This document shows, one piece after another, positions 54,218-64,000 of a DNA stretch of 64,000 nt. Each line of letters starts with the position of its first letter. The stretch's first letter is position 1. The notes beneath the pieces are model-generated. The model did no database searches, was not told the origin of the DNA, and saw only the letters and a list, made by a program, of their open reading frames with translations. The position numbers and the translations under genes are program-made. Where the stretch lies: positions 51,708,001 through 51,772,000 of the forward strand of contig OX597824.1 in the NCBI GenBank assembly GCA_951406725.2, in the 5' to 3' direction. The DNA is from Octopus vulgaris. Lineage: Eukaryota.

Positions 54218-54698
54218 TTCTGTCTAAGGAAAAGGGTATTCATTGGACATCCTGTAGGATGGAATACAAAGACGTGTCAAAGGGCAGATGAACTCAGTAG
54301 TTGGGAGTGAAAGACCTCTTGTCTTCGTTTTAAGGGAATTCCGAAATATCACCCGCAGAAGATCTTGCTCGTGCTTGTTTCTGGATTTGTTGGTGAGAAT
54401 TTTAGGATGTTGTGCATGCTGTTACAGCCTTCACATTTCAGCACGAGTATTGCTTAACATTTGGGAGAAGGTAAATTGTCAGTGATGGTTCATACTCGTT
54501 TACGAGTTGCTAGCCACCATGTATGTATGTATGTATGTATGTATGTATGTATGTATGTATGTATGTATGTATGTATGTATGTATGTATGTATGTATGTAT
54601 GGATGGATGTATGTATGTATGTATGTATGTATGTATGTATGTATGTATGTATGTATGGATGGATGGATGTATGTATGTATGTATGTATGTATGTATGT

Positions 54699-55597
54699 CA
54701 TTATTCAGTTTTATTTCAAAATTCCTTGCCAATACATAAGGAATCGGTTTCTAACCTAGATCCAAGGCTCCTTCATTGGAATTTCAGCATAATCAATCGG
54801 GTATTTTTACATGTATGCGTGTATGTGTGCAGTATTTGGAATCAGTGCATGTGCAGATTTGTATGTCTTGTTTTATGTATGTCTTGTTTTATGTATGTCT
54901 TCTCACGCAAGTACATGTATATCTAGACATGCTCATTTATATTTAAATGATAAACTTCTGGAAAGTTTTACAAAGGTTTACAGTTCTAGTGATGGCTTAG
55001 GTCTGTAAACTTTGAATCAGCTTTCTTCTTTCTGGTTTTGAGAAGCCTAATTTCTCAGGATTGGTTTTTAGGCAGTTGAGTTCCATATGTCAGTGCTCCA
55101 AGAATTACAAGTATAAAACTGAACTTGTAATCTGGATAGAGTAACTATAGATTTCTCAATAGTTCAGCGTAGGTATTTTCTGTCTCACTGATCTTTAGTT
55201 TTATGTTAACATCTACAGGGCAGCTTATTTCCAAAACTGTACACTGTTTCTCATCCTTATCCCAAATCACAATGTCAGGACTATTATGTTTGCATTTTAT
55301 TGAGGATTTCATTGTATGTATGTATGTATGTATGTATGTATGTATGTATGTATGTATGTATGTATGTATGTATGTATGTATGTATGTGTGTATGTATGTA
55401 TGCATGCATATATATGTACAGATTTATATGTTTTGTTTTATGTATGTCTTCTCATGCCTATAGTTGCATGTCTAGATATACACATATCTACTTAAATGAT
55501 AAACTTCTGGAAAGTGTTACAGATTTTTACAGGTCTAGTCATAGCTTGGATCTGTAATCTTCCAATGAATTTTCTCCTTTCTGTTTTTGAGAACCCT
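54699..55597 (-). mobile_element. Two stacked R4-like RLE LINE 3' fragments in (TATG)n (54699-55312 and ~55400-55597)
   Basis: KCKHNSPDIVIWDKDEKQCTVLEISCPVDVNIKLKISE.ENTYAELLRNL (RLE motif). Each fragment is bounded by (TATG)n. Confidence 0.87.
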
Positions 55598-55715
55598 ATG
55601 TATGTATGATGTATGTATGTATGTATGTATGTATGTATGTATGTATGTATGTATGTATGTATGTATGTATGTATGTATCTATATATCTATCTATCTATCT
55701 ATCTATTTATCTATC

Positions 55716-56338
55716 GTCACGCCTCCTTCCTTCAGACGGGAAGGAAGAGTTATTTTTATCATACTTGTGGCTTTGGCGAAAGAATGTATCTGGTGGACGC
55801 ACCTGAAAGGATTAGAGACAAACACTTTTCTCTCTGGTCAATCTCTCATCAATTTCTTCAAGTATCACTTGAAGAGGAAAGTGAGAGTAGAGAAGCAAGT
55901 TTTGTCTAGTGAATGTTTTAAAAAAAGATGGGTGAATGTAGCAAGGATGGCACGTATGAATGACGAAGCCGCCTTCACCATGATCCTATGAACCGTAAAA
56001 ATTAATACAGAGAGTTGCTTATTTGTAAAAAAAATATAACATGTGACTTCATTGACCGATGTTACCGTGGTCTTTTCCGTAGGCTTTTCTTTCCACGGGT
56101 AAGCCTCACCTGTCCTCCCCTTTACACTTTATATTGACATTTCTGTGATAACGATCACTATTGATCGATTTTTTCTTTTTCCTTATATTCCTCACCTTTT
56201 TTTTGCTTTCCTCTTTCTTTCCTTTTACGATCCCTTTTGATCGAAAACCAACCCCCCTTTTTTATCCCCCAACAGAAAAGCTCTACCTTGTAATTTGTTT
56301 CGTCTGTGTGCAGCCCTGTGTGGCTAATAAAGAAACAC
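55716..56338 (+). mobile_element. Tx1/L1-clade LINE 3' fragment in (CTAT)n
   Basis: VTPPSFRREGR...KECIWWT...FLSGQSLINFFKYHLKRKVRVE...FKKRW, homologous to the ORF2 end at 39600-39900. Ends AATAAAGAAA. (CTAT)n on both sides. Confidence 0.82.
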
Positions 56339-56396
<58 letters not shown>

Positions 56397-56478
56397 TTCT
56401 ATGAATAAGGGCATGTGTGTATTGAATTTGGACACCGTATCTAACTTAATTGTACAACCTAGTGTTTCCTTTAAAGTC

Positions 56479-56578
56479 GTGTTTCAGTCATTTGACTGCG
56501 GCCAACATCGGTTGTCAAGTGATGGTGGGGTGACAAACATAGACACACACACACAAACATATACATACATACATACAT

Positions 56579-56624
<46 letters not shown>

Positions 56625-56764
56625 GACGGGCTTCTTTCAGTTTCCGTCTACCAAATCCACTCACAAGGCTTTGGTCGGCCCGAGGCAGTAGTTGAAGACA
56701 CTCGCCCAAGGTGTTACACAGTAGGACTGAACTCGGAACCATGTGGTTGGGAAGCAAGCTTCTT
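56479..56764 (-). mobile_element. SINE family B, body and 3' side of an interrupted copy
   Basis: Stops at GGAAGCAAGCTTCTT. The missing 5' end resumes at 61780-61812. Confidence 0.9.
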
Positions 56765-59700
56765 TATTTCATGAAATTTCCATAAAAGCAGTACACAGAT
56801 CGGTCGGACAAGGACAGACAAACACAAAGAGTGAAGAAGCTGCTTTTAGTTAAAAATAAATGTCGTATGAATGATGTAATTAAAAAATTTATTTACATAA
56901 ATATTGTTGCAAAAAGCAACAATTTGCCTCGGAAGGAAAGGAAACCAGCCATCTGGGTAGAACCATTGCTTTCTACCACTGACCCCACGTACCTGGTCCC
57001 GGTCATTCTCAAGTTGCTTGCTACAAGCTTCCATCTTTTTACAAATGTACTCAGCGACAGGCACCTCTTCTCCAGCATGCAAGACTTATGAGGTGGTAAC
57101 TAAAAAAGTTTACCAACACCTGCTGGAGACGAAGGTACCTGTCACTTTCCCTCTTACACACGTCTTCTATATTGTTTCTTTCGGTATGGCTACTACGCAG
57201 AAAAAACAAGCCTTCCTTTCCATGTTAAGGGAGGCAGGCGGCAAAATCTCGATGATAGACTCAGCCGATAGCTGTACACTTCCACGACAATCTCCACCTT
57301 ATACACTACTTCTTAGAGAGGGTAGGGGAACTTTCTGGCGTAGGGGGGCACTGGTACATTTACACCAGTCTAAAACATTTGATAGGGTCGACTATCGGTA
57401 CTTGGCGGCGGTCCTCGAGAAGGCTGGTCTGGGTCCGACCTTCCGCGGTTGGATTGCTGTTTTGTACAGCGACATGAGTCTGTCGTCAAAGTGATTGGCT
57501 TCTTCTCGAAACCATTAACGCTCAGTGCGAAAACTACCAGTCTCTTTAATTCTGGACACTCCATAAAAGCGTGCAAGACAGTTTCCTTGTCCTGTCCGCA
57601 CCTCGAACATGTCGGCGAGACGGCACTTACGTGCCTTGACAGTTTATCTCGAAGAGGTAACGCCGCACAGAAGCACTGCCAAACCAGGATTTCTGGTAAT
57701 TATCCATATACCAATTACCAGTCAGCCAGCCTAGGTTTCTGCTTGATCCATGCTTCAATGTCCCTTAATGACGTTAAACGCAGAAGGTGGAACCGGACGT
57801 GCGGTTACCACACCTGCTCCTAATTCAGGTAAAGCCAGAGGTGCCTCAACCTTAACGCGAGTTTTCGCATCTTCAGCCAAGACTTCCCTAATCCACCTTT
57901 TAGCGGTTTCTGGCAGCAGACAGCGCTTCACAAGTGGCTTTCCTCCCTTCCACAAATAGCAGAAAAGGATTCTCTCCAACTTGTTCAGCCACAAATCGGG
58001 GTAGGTTACCATGGTCAGACGGTAGGTGATAACTGATGCTATAAACATCTGCACCACCTCCGCCTTCCCTGGTAAAGATACCGCCCGCCCAGACCAGGGC
58101 TGTGTTACAGCAGTCCCCCTGCTGGTTACCTCACTCCAATTTTTCTCGATCTGGAGGTCTGGACCAAACTAGACCCAAGCAGCTTCACAGGACCCTCCGT
58201 CTAACGTTCCACGACGTTATTGCACGTCGGCTTGCCCCTCCAGGTGCCGAGTTGCAAAACGACTGACTTATTCTTGTTAACTTTTGCTCTGCCACCGCCT
58301 CGTAACTTTTGATGGCCTCTTCCACCACGGGAAGCTGGCCCTCATCCGCCACGATGATGGAGATGTCATCCGCATACGCAGTAGCTCCTTTTCCACACCA
58401 CAGATCCTTTGGCGCGCACCTTAGTGCCTCCAACTTCCGCAGCAATGGCTCAAGAGCCAACAAATTCAGAAGCGCGGACAGGGGACACACATGACACACT
58501 GAGCGTTTGATCCTGAATGGTTTCGAGAAGAAACCATTCACTTTTACGACAGACTCGATGTCGCTGTACAAAACAGCAATCCAACAGCGGATTTAGACTG
58601 GTCTAAATGTACCAGTGCCCCTCTACGCCAGAAAGTTTTCCTACCTTCTCTAAGGAGTAGCGTATAAGGTGGAGATTGTGGATCAACCTGCCTGGGATGG
58701 CGCAGGTTTGCGTCTCCCCAACAAGTCTGCCCACGACTCGCGCCAACCTTTTCGCTAGCACATTGGCCAAAATCTTTAATTCTGTCAGCAGAGTTATGGG
58801 CCTGAAATTACTTATCTCGTCCCGCTTGCTCGGGTCCTTGCTGATCAGCATCACTACCTGTCGGCTTGCAGACTTGGGAATTTGCCAATTGGCACAAACG
58901 CTGGCCAGCAGGTGCCCGAACAAGTCTGGCATGCTTTTATAAAATTCATAAGGTAGACAATCGAGACCCAGCGACCTCTCACCGGGGCACTCGGCCAGTA
59001 CCTTAATCACCTCTTCGGCTGTGATTAGCCCCTCACAGCACTCAGCTGTGCAGAGAGACGCGGGCCGTCAGACATGAAGTCCCTAAGGGCTTCACCATGA
59101 TCCAGCGACCCGCTCCCCCGAACAACTCGGCAAAGTGCTTGTGAAGCGCCTCACACATCTCGTTCTGTCCTTCGACCGAACACCCACTGTCATCCACCAG
59201 AGACCTAATTGTGGTATCATTGCCACGCTGGGTTTCTACCGTACGGGCCCATCCGGCAACATTAATCTCCTCACGGCACAATGCTCACACTTTAGCCCGA
59301 ACTCTGCACCCCTCGTGTTTGGCTTTGAGGTGACGGTCCAAGGCCGTCCTCGATGCAGAGCCCAACCTCAACGTCTCCTCTAAGTCCTTAACTAATTGCC
59401 CTTCTATTCTGGGCTGATCTAGTTTTAGCTGATGGCTAAACTTAATTGACTCAAAACGAATGGCTCTCTTGAGGGCGAACCACCACCGGTTTATAACCAC
59501 GGCTCCAGCTAACGCCCTCTGTACTAGTTCCTTAATCCCGCTACCGTATGCCTCGCAAGTCAAAATAGACTTGTTCAGCTTCCAGTAGTCAGATCCTCGC
59601 TTAACTATGCTATCTGTGTTCAGCCTACACTTAACCATTCTATGGTCAGTGTAGGATGCTTGAACAAGCTGTGGACAGCTAAAACTAGCCTTATTTCTAG

Positions 59701-61779
59701 TTCTTATCACTATCCCTTCTAAGTAAGACTTGAGCTTTCTGTTGCCACTAATCCAGGTCCACGCTGGGACGCTCGGATGGTCAAGCTTGTAACGGTCTGC
59801 CAGCTGAAAACGCTTAAGCAGATCCACGAGACGTGAGTTTACTTTTATACCAGTCGAGTCAACACAAATCTTTACGGATCAGTACCACTACGCCCCCTTG
59901 TCCTCTGGTCTGGCCAGGAGACATGATTTTTTCATAGCCATTCAGGAGTGGCGAGAAGATTTGTAGACTGCCTAACTTGGTCTCTGTAGCAACTATCATA
60001 TGTATATCGTGTGATCTGAGGTCGTCGAGGAAACAAGCCGGCTTCCACTTGAACTCAGACCACGCAATTCAATCAACCAAGGTTAAGTAAGGCCATTGTA
60101 TAAAAAGTAAGGGCCGTACTTATTCTTTACTGGAGAGGTTGGAGTCGATTTCACCACGCGTATAGCTGCCCCTTCCTTCTCCTTCTTCAGATAGCCGGGC
60201 AGGTCCACCCACAATCCTCCAGATGGCTGTTGGATTCCTGTACTTCAGTTGCCTGTATAGGGTTTCCCCTATCCAGGCACATTGTTTTTTCAAATCCTTA
60301 TGTACAGGGTATAGTGTGATGTGACTCTAGGATATCACGGGTATAATCGTGCCTAGTGTTAAATTCCACTAGTATTCTTTTCTCTGCGGTGACAGTTGGC
60401 CGGGGTCTTTTTAAAAAATTTCTGTGGCGTTGTGTCTGTTGGGATGGTGTCAATGTACGCTTGCGTACCATAGTAAACTTCCCCTCCGATATCTCCATGG
60501 TATCGTCTGGGTGAGTTGCGTTTGTGTTTTCAGGTGGCTTAGATTTCAGGGGTATGGGTAATTTTATTTCTGTAGGGGCTTGTGTGTATAGGGGTTGGGA
60601 GTTTTTATTTCCAATGTTCCGTTTGGGTATTGGCACCGCTGCATGGTGGATGGGAGTTTTTGTCTTTGTGGGGATGGTGCATGTGTGGGAGTGGGGGTAT
60701 TTTTGAGTTTGAAGGGTCTGGTGTCTGCGTTTTTTCCTTTTTTAAAATTCACAATCTGCCCGAATGTGGCCCTTTTTGCTACAATCGAAGCAGGTGGTTT
60801 TTTTTTACCTTCAATAGAGATTCTCAATACAATATTCTCACCCACGAGTACCCCGTCTGGAAGCATTTCAATGTCTTCCTGGGTCCCCTGAATAATTGCC
60901 GAGATGTTCTGTCCGAGCCGATTCTGGGAGGCAGAGCATGTAATCTGGAGGAATTGGATCTTGTCCGCCCTGTTAAACAACAGGGCAGCCATCACTTCTC
61001 TCGGGTCTACTTCTGGTGGCACTTCTGTCACCTTTACACGAGAAGTCCGCCTTCCCATGTAAGTTGGTAGAAGCACAACATCTGTTTTCAGGAGGCCCAC
61101 AGAGCGAAACGCACCTCAACGGTGCCATATGTCCAGCTCCTTGCAATATACGTTACGTCTTTCCAAATCCGAGCAAGACATTTTTCAATTTTCTCTTTTA
61201 CGAAATGTTTAAATCGTCTGTTTTTCGGACAGAACGATTTAGATATTATTGTTTTTCGGTCCGTTTCAACCGTCTTGGAGGAGGGTGATATTTTTATATC
61301 CCCATCCTCCTCTTTCATTCTCTTGAAATATTCCTGTAGCTTCTCAACAGGAATATCAATGTTTTCGGTTGCAACAGCGGCAACCGCCGAAAAGTTTTTA
61401 CGGGATTAACATTACTCTCTTCGAGAGTGCATTTTTCGTGTATAATATCGACCGACATACTCGGCCGAAACTAATTACACAAGAAAATATAACACAAAAA
61501 TCACAAAATAATTTTTCGCAAAAACAGCTTATAAAGGGCGGTGCACAAAAATAAAGTCTAACACGACTTTAACAAGTCCAATTTTTTTGCAGTATTTTGT
61601 TTAAAAATTGCCACAATGGCTACAAAAAGAAAAAAACAATTTATATTACTCGGTATACCGGGCAACAGCACGAAGTTCAACAATAATAAAAACCCCAAAA
61701 TACCATAACAGTAACAAATCCAATATTAAACGATAAAATTCCTTTCGGTGCAAAACAACACTGACCTCAGTCAACGAGC
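56765..61779 (-). mobile_element. Tx1-clade LINE with both ends present, decayed (5' UTR, ORF1 with CCHC knuckle, APE endonuclease, RT)
   Basis: ORF1 ...SIEGKK/TCFDCSKKGHIRADC. EN motifs YTDHRMV and YWKLN. RT motifs GLDCLPYEFY, NFRPITLL, QTCAIPGR, CPLSALL, AYADDI, WKGGKPLV. Perfect 15-bp TSD GGAAGCAAGCTTCTT at 56750-56764 and 61780-61794. Confidence 0.93.
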
Positions 61780-62911
61780 GGAAGCAAGCTTCTTACTACA
61801 CAGCCATGCCTGTTATCAACATTCTTCTTTTTCTTTGTCTTGTGTAATATATTGGATTGTAGATGCATAGTCATTCGGAGGAAAAAGTGTGGTAGGGTTT
61901 ATGTTACCGAAGAAATGATGAAGACTTATGTATTGATCTTAACTAAGTGAATTACTTTAGTAGTGTGTATATATACATGTAGCTCTGACATACGCATACA
62001 CGTACATATATATACAATTCGACCATTTGGCAGAGTCATTACATCGAAGGAAACAGTTAAAATTACTCAGAGTTCAAATCCCGCTGAGGTAAACTATACC
62101 TTTCATCCTTTTAGGATTCATAAATAAAGTACCAGTCAAGTACCAGGACCGATCCTTCTCTTTCTTTTACTTCACTATTTCTGTCTGACTTATTCTCTTC
62201 TGGAAGAAATCAGCTGTGATCGGACGTTGAGGGGGATGAGCTCTGCCAGATCAAAAATTGACCAAGACACGCCGTATGTCACGATGGTACTCCTACGATT
62301 TTCAAGGTGTTGAGAGCCTATGACTATATAATATAATAGGTATTTATGTACATACATATATGCATTTAAACGTTAGTTGAGTACATCAATCAATGCAACA
62401 AGCAAGTTTAATGAAAGAAAATAGGAATTAAAGCATTTGCTTTTACTTCGTTCCCTTTTTCTGCTTAGATTCCGTTTTTTATTCTCTTATTTCAGTCTTC
62501 TGCTATTTCTCTTCCTCTCTCCACCTGTCTCAACCTACCGCTCTGTTTCCGACACATCTCATCCTCCACCTCATTTGTCTTCCCCTTAAACAATCACAGG
62601 GAAATAACTCTTTACACTCCTTTCGTTACATGTGTTACAAACAGGAAATACGGTATTATATCCTCGATACAATTATAGGTATTCCATCAATGCATTTGCT
62701 GGCGCTGCTTTTGGTATTGATGTTGTTATTCATGTGTTCATTGTAATAAGACTGCTACTGCCGCCGCCGCTGCTGCTGCTCACTGTCGTCATAATTCCTT
62801 TAATCAATGTTTGTTATCGTTGTCATAATTATATGATAGAAGAAAAACATAAAATTTTAAATGTAAATGATATAAAGAAATAAAAAAAGAAACACAAAAC
62901 CAAATAATTAT

Positions 62912-63620
62912 TTCTACTAAAAGAACAAGGCCTGAAATTCAGTGGGAGGGGACTAGTCCATTACATCGACCCCCAGGGTTTCACTGGTACTTAATTTATC
63001 AACCCCGAAAGATAAAGTCGACCTCGGCGGAATTTGAACTCAGAACGTACCGACGGGCGAAATTCCACTAAGCATTTCGTCTGACGCGCTTATGATTCTG
63101 CCAGCTTGACGCCCTATAAAACTAAATAATAAAGTATATAATTGATAAATATATAAATAGCAAAAACAAAACATTATTATGAATATTTAAAATAGTAATG
63201 GTGTTGTAAATTAAAGCGTCGAGCTTGAAAAAATCGTTAGCGCACCGGACAAGATCCTTAGCGGCATTTCGTCTGTCTTCACAATTTGAGTTCAAATTCC
63301 GCCGAGCTCGACTTTGCTTTCCATCTTTCTAGGCGTCAATAAAATAAGTACCAGTTGAGCACTGTGGTCGGTATAATCGACTTAACCCCGCCTCGAAATT
63401 GCTGGCTTTGTGTCAAAATTTGAAGTGAATAACGGTTTCTAAATTTGGTCCAAAACCCGTGGTTTTAAGAGGCTGGATTGGTCGAAACTGAAAAGCCAGT
63501 TCTGGCTGCTTTATTCCATAGAGCCCGAAAGGATAAAAGGTAATGTTGGCTTCGGCAAAACTGAACGTCGATCATTAAGAACCGAAACAAATACCGCAAT
63601 GCATTTCGTTCCGTTTATCC
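62912..63620. mobile_element. Three SINE family A copies (minus 62912-63115, plus 63212-63425, minus ~63438-63620)
   Basis: AAAGTCGACCTCGGCGGAATTTGAACTCAGAAC and its reverse complement. Heads and tails recognisable. Confidence 0.85.
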
Positions 63621-64000
63621 ACTGTCAATTGAATAAAACCAGAAAATTGAAGGGAGGGGTTAACCGATTATATCTGTGTCAGGATTTGACTAGTACGTTA
63701 TTCTCAACATGAATTTGACAATGTGGTTGGGCAAAGGTAAGTGGTTGGTGAGTTCTTTGATGTCTCATCCAACCTTCCAGTTGGCCGGTCTTCAGCGCCG
63801 TGCAACTGTTGCTCTAGACGGGATATCATGCCTGGTCCCACGATATTCATCTGTGCATTTTTCTGCACTCGGCTTTCGATTGTTCAAGGAATATTTTCCA
63901 TGACCCTATTATTTGAGCAAATGATACTGTTTTAGAGAAGAGTTTTATGGGTTTTTTTTTGCCTTTTTCTTTAGCTATTGTTAGCTGTGGTACGAAACAC

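Noticed and set aside
57018-57494. 158-aa plus-strand ORF with an RT motif
   Set aside because: Chance fusion of antisense LINE sequence with the inverted RT insert.

Overview
AT-rich eukaryotic DNA made almost entirely of interspersed repeats and microsatellites. No host protein-coding gene or exon could be supported. The repeat mix resembles an octopus/coleoid cephalopod genome (inference, not database-checked). It contains four decayed mariner transposons, three Penelope-like GIY-YIG remnants, a CR1/L2-group LINE, an RTE LINE ending in three C2H2 fingers, several R4/Dong-type RLE LINE ends sitting in (TAA)n or (CATA)n, Tx1/L1-clade LINEs and three tRNA-derived SINE families. The main discoveries are at the RNA and insertion level. 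(1) Two sequence-unrelated loci (6791-6926 minus, 26629-26751 plus) share one fully covarying fold that contains all hammerhead catalytic nucleotides in a rearranged, pseudoknotted strand order. (2) A (TA)n-flanked array of 3 x 566 bp carries one hammerhead per unit plus an inverted arm (retrozyme-like). (3) Two diverged Tx1-clade LINEs are inserted at the same nucleotide of a SINE head, one with a perfect 15-bp TSD. (4) The CR1-type LINE shares a covarying 3' stem-loop with a SINE. Folds were derived by eye and boundaries of old repeats are approximate.
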